Positions 9,244 through 19,450 of a stretch of 64,000 nt of DNA are shown here, piece by piece; position 1 is the stretch's first letter; each line of letters begins with the position of its first letter. Origin of the DNA: Sinimarinibacterium sp. (lineage in GTDB: Bacteria > Pseudomonadota > Gammaproteobacteria > Nevskiales > Nevskiaceae); NCBI GenBank assembly GCA_041659605.1, contig JBAZXW010000012.1:138-64137 (forward strand), read 5' to 3'. A program made the translations under genes and the position numbers. Below the pieces are notes generated by a model. That model ran no database searches. It was not told the DNA's origin and was given only the letters and a program-made list of their open reading frames with translations.

Positions 9244-10743
9244 ATGACCGAAAAGACCTGGGCCGGACATCCGCGCGGCCTCGCCACGCTGTTCATGACC
9301 GAATTCTTCGAGCGCTTCACCTATTACGGGATGCGCGCGCTGCTGATTCTGTTCCTGACCGCGGCGGTGACGGCGGAGAACGCCGGCTTCGGTATTCCGC
9401 GCGAGTCGGCCGGCGCGATCTACGGGCTCTACACCGGCGCGGTCTACCTGTTCTCGCTCCCGGGCGGCTGGATCGCGGACCGTCTGATCGGCCAGCGCAA
9501 GGCCGTGTTCGTCGGCGGCGTGCTGATCATGCTCGGCAACTTCACGCTGTCGATCCCGGCGAATCCGCCGGTGTTCTACCTGGGCCTGGCGATCATCGTG
9601 ATGGGCGTCGGCCTGCTCAAGCCGAACATCTCGGCGATTGTCGGCGAGCTGTACAAGGGCCAGCCGGGCGCGCGACGCGACGCCGGCTTCTCGATCTTCT
9701 ACATGGGCATCAACCTGGGCGCGTTCATCGCACCGCTGATCGCAGGCACGATCGGCGAGGCCTGGTCCTGGCGCGGCGGCTTCTTCTGCGCCGGACTGTT
9801 CATGGGACTCGGTCTGCTGCAGTACAAAATGACCGAGGGCTATCTGGGCGAGGCCGGCCTGCGGCCGCATGCGTCCAGCGAGGCCGAGCGCGCGAAGGGC
9901 TGGAAGCTGCTGGCCGGCGCCGCTGCGGCAGTGATCGCACTGGTCGGCCTGCTGTTCACCGGCGTGATTCCGGTCGGTGTGAAGCAGCTCGCGCAGTTCG
10001 TCGGCAGTGGCATGGTCGCGCTGGCCTTCGTGTTCTTCGGCTATGTGCTGATCTTCGCCGACATCACCCGCGAGGAGCGCGGCCGCGTCGCGGTGATCGC
10101 GATCTTCTTCCTGTGCGCGGCGCTGTTCTGGGCCGGCTTCGAGCAGGCGGCAACAACCTTCAACCTGTTTGCGCAGGACTACACCGACCGCTCGGCGCTC
10201 GGCAGCTGGTTCCCGGACGCGATGCATCCGGCGTCCTGGTACCAGTCGGCGAACCCGCTCTACATCATCCTGCTGTCACCGTTCTTCGCCTGGCTGTGGG
10301 TGACGCTGGGCAAGCGCAACCTCGATCCCTCGGCGCCGGCCAAGTTCGGCCTGGGGCTGGTGCAACTGGGCTTGGGCTTCGTGGTCATCATGTGGGCTGC
10401 CGAGCTGGTCATTTCCAGCGGCGGCAAGGTCGCGCCGACCTGGTTGCTGCTGACCTATCTGGTACATACCACCGGCGAGCTATGCTTGTCGCCGGTGGGG
10501 CTGTCCAATGTCACCAAGCTGTCGCCGCCGCGCTACGTCGGCCAGATGATGGGCACCTGGTTCCTCGGCGCCGCGGTCGGTAATCTCGCCGCCGGCCTGA
10601 TCGGCGGCCACGTCGGTTCCGGCAGTGTCGACGACATGCCGAACCAGTTCCTGCAGATGGCGCTGATCGGCGGCGGCGCGGGCATTACGGTGCTGCTGTT
10701 CAGCGGCGTGATCAAGAAGCTCATGGGTTCGGCGGCCAACTGA
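9244..10743 (+). CDS. POT/PTR family proton-dependent oligopeptide transporter
   Basis: EFFERFTYYGM (ExxERFxYY), GGWIADR, FSIFYMGINLGAF, ELCLSPVGLS. Confidence 0.95.
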   Translation: MTEKTWAGHPRGLATLFMTEFFERFTYYGMRALLILFLTAAVTAENAGFGIPRESAGAIYGLYTGAVYLFSLPGGWIADRLIGQRKAVFVGGVLIMLGNFTLSIPANPPVFYLGLAIIVMGVGLLKPNISAIVGELYKGQPGARRDAGFSIFYMGINLGAFIAPLIAGTIGEAWSWRGGFFCAGLFMGLGLLQYKMTEGYLGEAGLRPHASSEAERAKGWKLLAGAAAAVIALVGLLFTGVIPVGVKQLAQFVGSGMVALAFVFFGYVLIFADITREERGRVAVIAIFFLCAALFWAGFEQAATTFNLFAQDYTDRSALGSWFPDAMHPASWYQSANPLYIILLSPFFAWLWVTLGKRNLDPSAPAKFGLGLVQLGLGFVVIMWAAELVISSGGKVAPTWLLLTYLVHTTGELCLSPVGLSNVTKLSPPRYVGQMMGTWFLGAAVGNLAAGLIGGHVGSGSVDDMPNQFLQMALIGGGAGITVLLFSGVIKKLMGSAAN

Positions 10744-10780
10744 GCCCCGGACCGTTTTCGATTCGAAGAGGAAGGATGCG

Positions 10781-12730
10781 ATGCGCAAGACCCTGATCTG
10801 TGCTGCGGCAGCCACGCTGCTGCTGAGTGCCTGCGGCAAGAAGGACGAAGCGACGGCTCCGGTGGCGGCCACCCCGGCCGGACCGACCGCCGCCGAAGCC
10901 GATGCCTTCGTCGCCAGCGTCAACGACGACTACCGCAAGCTGCTGCCGTACCTGAACTCGGCGCAGTGGGCGCAGGCGACCTACATCACCGATGACACGC
11001 AGATGATCGCGTCGCGCGCCAACGAGGAGTGGCTGGAATACCTCAGCCGCAAGGTGCAGGAGTCCAAGCGCTTCAACGACGTCGAGGCTTCGCCCGACAC
11101 CGAGCGCGGCATGCTCGCGCTCAAGCTGTCGACCGCCAATCCGGCGCCCAGCGATGCCACCAAGCGCGCCGAGCTGGCCAAGATCCTGTCGAAGATGGAA
11201 GCCAACTACGGCTCCGGCAAGTGGTGCAAGACCGACGGCCAGTGCCTGAGCCTCCCGGAGATCGAAAAGATCGTCAACGACCCGACTGCGAGCCCGGAGA
11301 CGCGCGCCGAGGCCTGGGCCGGCTGGCACGCGACGTCGAAATCGATCCGCCCCGACTACCAGCGCTTTGTCGAGCTGGGTAACGAGGGCGCCAAGGAGCT
11401 GGGCTTCGCCAACCTCGGCGAGATGTGGCGCGCCGGCTACGACATGTCGCCGGTGGAGTTCGACGCCGAAGTCGAACGCCTGTGGACGCAGGTCAAGCCG
11501 CTGTACGACGCGCTGCACTGCAACGTGCGCGCCAAGCTCAACGCCCAGCTCGGCGACGCCGTCGTACCCAAGGACGGCCTGATTCCGGCGCATCTGCTCG
11601 GCAACATGTGGGCGCAGCAGTGGAGCAACATCTATCCGCTGGTGGAGCCGTACCCCTCGACCGGCAAGGGTGGCGTCGGTTCGCTCGACGTCACCGCCGC
11701 GCTCAAGGAGCGCCGCGACACCGAGTACAAGAAGCGCGTCGCCGAGTTCAAGGGCAAGCCGACGGCGCTGGATCTGGCCGAGATCGAGCACCAGGCCGAC
11801 GCGGCGATGGCGGTCAACATGACCAAGATGGCCGAGGACTTCTACACCTCGCTCGGCTTCCCCAAGCTGCCGGATTCGTTCTGGGAGAAGTCGCTGCTGG
11901 TCAAGCCGCGCGATCGCGACGTGGTCTGCCACGCCAGCGCCTGGGACATGAACATGCAGGGCGACGTGCGCATCAAGCAGTGCATCGAGCCGGACGAGGA
12001 CCAGCTGACGACGATTCACCACGAGCTCGGCCACCTCTACTACGATCTGATGTACAACCCGCTGCCGCCGCTGTTCCAGGGCGCCGCGCATGATGGTTTC
12101 CATGAGGCGATCGGCGACACGGTGACGCTGTCGATGACACCCGAGCATCTGCACAAGATCGGCCTGGTGCCCGAGCAGAAGGCCGATCCGAAGGCCGTGA
12201 TCAACTCGCAGATGAAGCTGGCGCTGGACAAGATCGTGTTCCTGCCCTGGGGCAAGCTGGTCGACCAGTGGCGCTGGAAGGTGTTCGCCGGCGAGATCAA
12301 GCCCGAGGACTACAACGCCGGCTGGTGGCAGTTGCGCGAGCAGTACCAGGGCGTGAGCCCGCCGCTGGCGCGCGCCGAGTCCGACTTCGATCCGGGTGCC
12401 AAGTACCACATCCCCGGCAACACGCCGTACACGCGCTACTTCCTCGCCTTCATCCTGCAGTTCCAGTTCCAGAAAGCGCTGTGCGACGCCTCCGGCTTCG
12501 AGGGCCCGCTGCACGAGTGCGACATCTACGGCAACGCCGAGGCCGGCAAGCGCTTCATGGACATGCTGGCGCAGGGTGCGAGCCGGCCGTGGCCGGAGAC
12601 GCTGGAGAAGCTCACCGGCACGCGCGAGATGGACGGCAGCGCGCTGATCGAATACTTCGCGCCGCTGATGGACTACCTCGCCGAACAGAACAAGGGACTC
12701 TCCTGCGGCTGGGGCGCGGACAAGACCTGA
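10781..12730 (+). CDS. M2 family zinc metallopeptidase (ACE-like peptidyl-dipeptidase), lipoprotein
   Basis: Lipobox LSAC; HLLGNMWAQQW, HHELGH zinc motif, GFHEAIGD, FDPGAKYHIP. Confidence 0.95.
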   Translation: MRKTLICAAAATLLLSACGKKDEATAPVAATPAGPTAAEADAFVASVNDDYRKLLPYLNSAQWAQATYITDDTQMIASRANEEWLEYLSRKVQESKRFNDVEASPDTERGMLALKLSTANPAPSDATKRAELAKILSKMEANYGSGKWCKTDGQCLSLPEIEKIVNDPTASPETRAEAWAGWHATSKSIRPDYQRFVELGNEGAKELGFANLGEMWRAGYDMSPVEFDAEVERLWTQVKPLYDALHCNVRAKLNAQLGDAVVPKDGLIPAHLLGNMWAQQWSNIYPLVEPYPSTGKGGVGSLDVTAALKERRDTEYKKRVAEFKGKPTALDLAEIEHQADAAMAVNMTKMAEDFYTSLGFPKLPDSFWEKSLLVKPRDRDVVCHASAWDMNMQGDVRIKQCIEPDEDQLTTIHHELGHLYYDLMYNPLPPLFQGAAHDGFHEAIGDTVTLSMTPEHLHKIGLVPEQKADPKAVINSQMKLALDKIVFLPWGKLVDQWRWKVFAGEIKPEDYNAGWWQLREQYQGVSPPLARAESDFDPGAKYHIPGNTPYTRYFLAFILQFQFQKALCDASGFEGPLHECDIYGNAEAGKRFMDMLAQGASRPWPETLEKLTGTREMDGSALIEYFAPLMDYLAEQNKGLSCGWGADKT

Positions 12731-12760
12731 TCGCCCGACCGGCGGTAGCAAAGGCGGCGC

Positions 12761-12790
12761 AAAAGGCGGTGCTCAAGGCACCGCCTTTTT
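12761..12790 (+). terminator. Intrinsic terminator
   Basis: AAAAGGCGGTGCTCAAGGCACCGCCTTTTT downstream of the M2 peptidase. Confidence 0.85.
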
Positions 12791-12935
12791 GCTGGGCGCC
12801 GCACGCGCGAGAGGGCATCGCAGGCACCATCCCACTCGTCAGGCGGCGGCGGCCTGATGTCGCCGCTCAACGACAGTCGCACCGTGAATGCGGGCATCGT
12901 GGCTGCCACCCTGGCCGTGATTCGGACCTTGCCGG

Positions 12936-14225
12936 ATGAATCATCCCGCCGTACAGACTCTTGGCGACGACCACAGCGTATTGCCCCGCGCCGTCCTTGA
13001 CCGCGTGCGACAGGCGTTGGTCATCGACGACGACGATTTCGTCTGCAAGGTCGTCGCCGGCCAGCTGCGCAGCCTGGGGATCGAGAAAGTTGCGACTTCG
13101 GCCGGCGGACCGGATACGGTGCGGCTGCTCAACGAGGGCGGGCCGTTCGACCTGATCGTCTCCGACCTGTGCATGCCCAAGTTCGACGGCATCCAGCTGA
13201 TGCGTCTGGTCGCGGCGCGCCAGAGCAAGGCTGCCGTGCTCTACATCAGCTCGTCCGGGCATAAGCTGCTGGCGGCGGCGCGCGACCTGGCCGCGGAGCG
13301 CGGACTGCGCGTGCTGCAGGTGCAGGAGAAGCCGGTCGTTCGCGAGCGCCTGCGCGACGCCTTGCTGGAACTGCGCACCGACACGTCGGCCCCGTCCCGC
13401 AAGGGCGGTGCCGCCACCGCGGCGCCGAGTGTCGCCGAGCTGCGCCAGGCCATCGCGGACTACGAGATCCAGGTGTACGTGCAGCCGCAGATCGACGCGC
13501 GCAGCGGCGAGCTGCACGGCGTCGAGGCGCTGGCGCGCTGGCCCAGCGCGAAGTACGGCCCGGTGTCGCCGGAATATTTCGTCGCGCTCGCCGAAGCCAA
13601 CGAGCTGATCGACGATCTGACCGAGATGGTGCTGAAGAAGTCGCTGTTTGCCTGCGCGAAATGGGTCGGCGCCGGGCTCGACACGCACATCTCGGTGAAT
13701 TCACCGGTGGCGTCGATGTCCAATCTGATCCTGCCGGACACCATCGTCGCGCAGCTGGAGCGCCTCGATCTGCGCCCGGACCAGCTATCGATGGAAATCA
13801 CCGAGACCGGATTTCTCAAGGATCAGCAGAAGGCGCTCGATGTCCTCACGCGTCTGCGCCTGCGCGGCATTGGTCTGGCGATCGACGACTTCGGTTGCGG
13901 CCACTCGACCTTCCAGCAACTGCGGCGCATGCCCTTCAACGAACTCAAGATCGACCGCTCCTTCGTGCTCGGCATGTTCGTCGAGCGCGATGCGCGCAGC
14001 ATCGTGCGCTCCAGTCTTGAACTGGCGCGCGAACTCGAGATGTACGCCGTCGCGGAAGGCGTCGAGACCAGCGCGCATGCCGCGGCGCTGGCGCAGCTGG
14101 GCTGCGAGGTGCTGCAGGGCTATTACCTGTCGCGGCCGTTCCCGGCCGATCAGCTGCCGGCGTGGTGGCGGAAGAACGGCAACCGGCTGCGCGACCTGGC
14201 GCAGCGCGGCTGGGCCGACGGCTGA
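12936..14225 (+). CDS. REC-EAL response regulator (c-di-GMP phosphodiesterase)
   Basis: REC (VIDDD, DLCMP); EAL domain with EALARW, DDFGCG, ELKIDRSF, AEGVET, LQGY. Confidence 0.9.
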   Translation: MNHPAVQTLGDDHSVLPRAVLDRVRQALVIDDDDFVCKVVAGQLRSLGIEKVATSAGGPDTVRLLNEGGPFDLIVSDLCMPKFDGIQLMRLVAARQSKAAVLYISSSGHKLLAAARDLAAERGLRVLQVQEKPVVRERLRDALLELRTDTSAPSRKGGAATAAPSVAELRQAIADYEIQVYVQPQIDARSGELHGVEALARWPSAKYGPVSPEYFVALAEANELIDDLTEMVLKKSLFACAKWVGAGLDTHISVNSPVASMSNLILPDTIVAQLERLDLRPDQLSMEITETGFLKDQQKALDVLTRLRLRGIGLAIDDFGCGHSTFQQLRRMPFNELKIDRSFVLGMFVERDARSIVRSSLELARELEMYAVAEGVETSAHAAALAQLGCEVLQGYYLSRPFPADQLPAWWRKNGNRLRDLAQRGWADG

Positions 14226-14270
14226 CGCGTCACGCGCAAATCACACGGGCGCGCGCGGCCGATCGGGGCG

Positions 14271-14531
14271 TCAACGGGCCGTGTTGCCGAGCCGTTCCCG
14301 GAACCAGCGACGGATCGAGCCTGGGCCAACGCCATGCACGCGCTTGAAGGCCTTGCGGAACGCGGCTTCCGTTTCGTAGCCGACGCGCTCGGCCGCATTG
14401 GCCACGGAGATCTGTGGATTGCGCAGCAGCAGCTCGGCCTGGGTCATGCGCCAGCGCGTCAGGTATTCGATCGGCGTGGTGCCGACCAGCTCTGAAAACC
14501 TCTGCGCGAAACTGGCGCGGGACATGCCGAT
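14271..14531 (-). pseudogene. 3' remnant of an AraC-family regulator (HTH only)
   Basis: GMSRASFAQRFSELVGTTPIEYLTRWRM...VGYETEAAFRKAFKR; no N-terminal domain upstream. Confidence 0.8.
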
Positions 14532-14763
14532 GCGTTTTCTCACCGACCGCGACAATCGCGCCGCGGCCTGCCTGGGCATCCTCGCCGAGAACGGCCTGCC
14601 CATGGGCATGCAGGCGCTCGGCTATGACTCGGACGTGCCGCTGCCGACGGTGTTCATCACCGCGACCGGCGGGCGCGTGGTCTACAGCGACCTGACCGAA
14701 AACTACCGCATCCGTCCGGAGCCGGCCGAGTTCATCGCCGCGCTCGATCGCGCCGGCCTCTGA
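14530..14763 (+). pseudogene. 3' remnant of a peroxiredoxin/AhpC-TSA-like protein
   Basis: FLTDRDNRAA...LPTVFITATGGRVVYSDLTENYRIRPEP resembles a redoxin C-terminus; the CxxC-containing half is missing. Confidence 0.7.
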
Positions 14764-14779
14764 GATCAAGGTCGCCACG

Positions 14780-14959
14780 ATGCTCAAACGTGCACTGCTG
14801 CTGGCTCTGATCGTCGGCGTCATCGCCGCGTTCTTCGGCGTGGCCTGGGGCACTGTGCTGGTCTCGTTCGCGTCGACGCTATCGAGCATCTGTCATACGA
14901 CTGGATGCTCAACGCGGACTAGACGTCATGGCGGATACTCGACGCCGGCGTCAGGATGA
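14780..14959 (+). pseudogene. Short ORF, possible 5' stub of a TVP38/SNARE-associated membrane protein
   Basis: MLKRALLLALIVGVIAAFF hydrophobic start, then apparent loss of similarity; 59 aa. Confidence 0.35.
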
Positions 14960-15022
14960 TGGCTCACTGGTCGGGACTTCAGGTGGCCAGTTCGTTCAGC
15001 GCAGCCTTAACGGAGAACTGAC

Positions 15023-15889
<867 letters not shown>

Positions 15890-15895
15890 CTAACC

Positions 15896-16747
15896 ATGGC
15901 GCATGAATCGCCCTGGATGCGGCTGGCGCTCGCCCTCGTCGTCCTGGCGCTCTTCGCCTGCAGCGAGCCATCGGCGCCAGCGCCGACCCATGCTGACAGA
16001 CTTCACGGCAAGCTGGTCATCACCGGGTCGAGCACGGTCGCACCGCTGGTGGCGGAGATCGGCAAGCGCTTCGAGTCGCTGCACCCCGATGTGCGCGTGG
16101 ACGTGCAGACCGGCGGTTCGTCGCGTGGCATCGCCGACGCGCGCCAGGGCCTTGCGGACATCGGCATGGCGTCGCGCGCACTCAAGTCCGAGGAAAGCGA
16201 TCTGCACGGATTTGCGATCGCGCGCGACGGCGTCGCGGTGATTCTCAATGCCGCGAATCCCGTGCCGGCGTTGACCGACGATCAGGTCGTCGCGATCTAC
16301 ACCGGGCGCATCACGCGCTGGAGCGAGGTCGGCGGCGCCGACGCGCCGATCACGGTGGTCAACAAGGCCGAAGGGCGTTCCACGCTCGAGCTGTTCCTGC
16401 ATTACTTCAAGATCGAATCGCCCGCCGTGAAGGCGCACGTCGTGATCGGCGACAACGAGCAGGGCATCAAGACCGTGGCCGGAAATCCCGACGCGATCGG
16501 CTACGTTTCGGTCGGTGCGGCCGAGTACAGCGCGGCCCATGGCGTGCCGATCAAACTGCTGCCGATGAAGGGTGTCGTTGCCGCCATCGCCACGGTCAAG
16601 GACGGCAGCTTCCCGTTGTCGCGACCGCTGAATCTGGTGACGAAGGCCGAACCGGCAGGTTTGGCCCAGGCATTCATCGACTACGCCCGTTCGCCGGCCG
16701 TCCATGACCTCGTCGAGCAGCTCTACTTTGTTGCGCTGGAATCCTGA
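15896..16747 (+). CDS. pstS: Phosphate ABC transporter substrate-binding lipoprotein
   Basis: Lipobox LFAC; TGSSTV, TGGSSRG, DIGMASR, FPLSRPL. Confidence 0.88.
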   Translation: MAHESPWMRLALALVVLALFACSEPSAPAPTHADRLHGKLVITGSSTVAPLVAEIGKRFESLHPDVRVDVQTGGSSRGIADARQGLADIGMASRALKSEESDLHGFAIARDGVAVILNAANPVPALTDDQVVAIYTGRITRWSEVGGADAPITVVNKAEGRSTLELFLHYFKIESPAVKAHVVIGDNEQGIKTVAGNPDAIGYVSVGAAEYSAAHGVPIKLLPMKGVVAAIATVKDGSFPLSRPLNLVTKAEPAGLAQAFIDYARSPAVHDLVEQLYFVALES

Positions 16748-17597
16748 TCGCGTCCTTGCCGCCGGCCTGCGCCTGTGCGCCGCAGGCGCGGCGGCGATCG
16801 CTCTGCTGATCGCGGCGTTCCTCGCAGTGGAGTCGTGGCCGGCGCTGCGGCACCTGGGAATCGTGCGCTTCGTGACGGATCCCTCCTGGCATCCGGCCGC
16901 AGACGCCGCAGCAGGCACGTTCAACCTGCTGCCGATGGTCTGGGGAACGCTGTGCGCGACGGCCGGCGCCGTGCTGCTGGCCACGCCGCTGGGCGTGCTG
17001 TCCGCGCTCTTCATTCACCACTACGCCGCGCGTCCCGTCGCCCGCCTGCATCGCCGGATGATCGAGCTGCTGGCCGGCATCCCGTCGGTCGTCTACGGGT
17101 TCTGGGGTCTGGTCGTGCTCGTGCCGCTGATTCGCGCGGTTCAGCCGCCGGGCGCGAGTCTGCTTGCCGGCATCCTGATCCTGACGCTGATGATCCTGCC
17201 GACGATCGCGCTGATGGCGGATGCGGCGCTCGCGGCTATTCCCGCGGCACAGTTGCGGGCCGCGGCGGCGCTGGGACTCTCGCGCGGGCGCACCGTCGTC
17301 GGCGTCGTGTTGCCGGCGGCGCGCTCGGGCCTGCTGACCGGCGTGGTGCTCGGCACCGGCCGCGCGATCGGTGAAACGATGGCGGTGCTGATGGTCTGCG
17401 GCAACGTCGTGCAGACGCCGGACTCGCTGTTCGATCCGGTGCGCACGTTGGCCGCCAACATCGCGCTGGAGATGGCCTATGCGATGGGCGACCATCGATC
17501 GGCGCTGTTCGTCAGCGGGCTCGTGCTGCTGGCGATGATCGCCGCGCTGATCGGGATCGCGGCGCGGCTGCGGCCGCAGGCGGTGGCTCATGCCTAG
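16731..17597 (+). CDS. pstC: Phosphate ABC transporter permease
   Basis: ELLAGIPSVVYGFWG, GRAIGETMAVLMV, RTLAANIALE; TTG start at 16731 uncertain. Confidence 0.88.
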   Translation: MRWNPDRVLAAGLRLCAAGAAAIALLIAAFLAVESWPALRHLGIVRFVTDPSWHPAADAAAGTFNLLPMVWGTLCATAGAVLLATPLGVLSALFIHHYAARPVARLHRRMIELLAGIPSVVYGFWGLVVLVPLIRAVQPPGASLLAGILILTLMILPTIALMADAALAAIPAAQLRAAAALGLSRGRTVVGVVLPAARSGLLTGVVLGTGRAIGETMAVLMVCGNVVQTPDSLFDPVRTLAANIALEMAYAMGDHRSALFVSGLVLLAMIAALIGIAARLRPQAVAHA

Positions 17598-18420
17598 ATT
17601 CGATGCACTGCTCGTGCACGGTGCCGCGCTGACGGTGGCCGCGGTGTTCTGCTGGCTGCTGGGCGATCTCGCCTGGCACGGGCTTGGCCAGATCGACTGG
17701 ACGTTCCTGACGAGTGCGCCGCGCGATGCCGGCCGCGCGGGCGGCATCGGTCCGATCCTGGTGTCCACGATGCTCATCCTTGCCGTGTGCATGGGTGTCA
17801 GCGTCCCGCTCGGCGTGGGCGCCGCGGTCTTCCTGTCCGAGTACACCGCCACCGCGTCGTCGTTCGGTCGCGCGGTCGGGCACAGTCTCGATGTGCTCGC
17901 CGGCATTCCGTCGATCGTGTTCGGCCTGTTCGGCAGTGCGTTTTTCTGCGTCGTCCTGGGGCTGGGTTTTTCGATCCTGTCCGGCGGCCTCACGCTGGCC
18001 TGCATGGTGCTGCCGATCCTGATCCGCGCGACCGAAGAAGGCCTGCGCGCGGTCCCCGACGACGTTCGCCACGGCGCCGCGGCGCTGGGCCTGTCGCGGA
18101 CCCGCACGCTGTTCAGCTTGCTGCTGCCGGCGGCGGCGCCGGGCCTGCTCGTCGGCCTGGTGCTGGGCATCGGCCGTGCGCTGGCGGAAACCGCGGCGCT
18201 GATCTTCACCAGCGGCTATGTCGACCGCATGCCGGAGTCGCTGATGGATTCCGGCCGCGCGCTGTCGCTGCACATCTTCGACCTGTCGATGAACATCAGC
18301 GGCGGCAATGCGAACGCCTATGCGTCGGCCGTCGTGCTCGTCGTTCTGCTGCTCGCCATCAATCTCACCGCGTCCTGGATCACCGGTCGCTGGCTGCATC
18401 GCCGGAGTTTTGTCGTATGA
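17590..18420 (+). CDS. pstA: Phosphate ABC transporter permease
   Basis: AGGIGPILVST, LAGIPSIVFGLFG, GRALAETAAL. Confidence 0.9.
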   Translation: MPRFDALLVHGAALTVAAVFCWLLGDLAWHGLGQIDWTFLTSAPRDAGRAGGIGPILVSTMLILAVCMGVSVPLGVGAAVFLSEYTATASSFGRAVGHSLDVLAGIPSIVFGLFGSAFFCVVLGLGFSILSGGLTLACMVLPILIRATEEGLRAVPDDVRHGAAALGLSRTRTLFSLLLPAAAPGLLVGLVLGIGRALAETAALIFTSGYVDRMPESLMDSGRALSLHIFDLSMNISGGNANAYASAVVLVVLLLAINLTASWITGRWLHRRSFVV

Positions 18421-19235
18421 GTGTCCTCGCCTCGCCGTGCTGTTCCACGCCCCCCGAGGCGGCCGCCCCCCGGACCGTGATGGAGATCGAGCGCCTGGGC
18501 CTGGCCTATCACGGCGCCTGGGCCTTCCGCGACGTGTCGCTGCAGATCCCCGCGAACACCGTGACCGCGCTGATCGGCCCTTCCGGCTGCGGCAAGACCA
18601 GCTTCCTGAGCTGCCTGAACCGACTGAGCGACCTGATTCCGGGCTGTACGACTGAAGGCAGCGTACGTCTGCGCGGGCGTGACATTCGCGATCGCGACGT
18701 TGACGTCGTCGCGCTGCGCCGCCAGGTCGGCATGATTTTCCAGAAGCCCAATCCGTTCGCGCTGTCGATCCGGCGCAATATCGAGCTGCCGCTGCGCGAA
18801 ATCGGCGTCCGCGATCGCAGCGAAGTCGATGCCATTGTCGAGCGCGTGCTGCGCGAAGTCGGGCTGTGGGAGGAAGTGAAGGACCGCCTCCAGGCGCCGG
18901 CACTCGCTTTGTCCGGCGGCCAGCAGCAGCGCCTGTGCATCGCGCGTGCGTTGACGCTGCAGCCCGAACTGCTGCTGATGGACGAGCCCTGCAGCGCGCT
19001 CGATCCGATCGCATCCGGCGTCGTCGAGGATCTGATCGCGCAGCTGAAACAGCGCTACAGCGTGCTGATCGTCACCCACAACCTCGCGCAGGCCCGGCGT
19101 ATCTCCGATCGCTGCGGAGTGTTCTGGGTGCGCGGCGGCACTGGCGGGCTCGTCGAATGCGGGGAAACGGGTTGCATTTTTGAGTGCCCGACTGACCCTG
19201 TCACCGCCGCCTACGTGCAGGGGCGACGGGGATGA
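18417..19235 (+). CDS. pstB: Phosphate ABC transporter ATPase
   Basis: GPSGCGKT, VGMIFQKPNPF, LSGGQQQRLCIARAL, LLMDEPCSALDP; ATG overlaps the pstA stop. Confidence 0.93.
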   Translation: MSVLASPCCSTPPEAAAPRTVMEIERLGLAYHGAWAFRDVSLQIPANTVTALIGPSGCGKTSFLSCLNRLSDLIPGCTTEGSVRLRGRDIRDRDVDVVALRRQVGMIFQKPNPFALSIRRNIELPLREIGVRDRSEVDAIVERVLREVGLWEEVKDRLQAPALALSGGQQQRLCIARALTLQPELLLMDEPCSALDPIASGVVEDLIAQLKQRYSVLIVTHNLAQARRISDRCGVFWVRGGTGGLVECGETGCIFECPTDPVTAAYVQGRRG

Positions 19236-19450
19236 GAGACTCCCTCGCCACAGCGCTCGCGCCAGAACACCTACGCCGCACGGGCCTGATCGCGCTCATC
19301 GTCGGCAGCTGGCTTACGGCGTTCAATCACGGCGATGCGCTGCTCGCGGGCGCTTGGAGCGCCAAGCTCGCGCTCAAGGTGTTCCTGAACTACCTGACGC
19401 CCTTCGTCGTGGCCAATCTGGGTCTGCTGTCGCGGCACACGACACCCTGA
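19232..19450 (+). CDS. Small membrane protein, NrtS-like
   Basis: ATGA-coupled to pstB; IALIVGSWLTAFNHGDALLAG...NYLTPFVVANLG resembles the NrtS family pattern. Confidence 0.7.
   Translation: MRDSLATALAPEHLRRTGLIALIVGSWLTAFNHGDALLAGAWSAKLALKVFLNYLTPFVVANLGLLSRHTTP

Noticed and set aside
10721-12751. 676-aa minus-strand ORF
   Set aside because: Antisense to the M2 peptidase, no motifs
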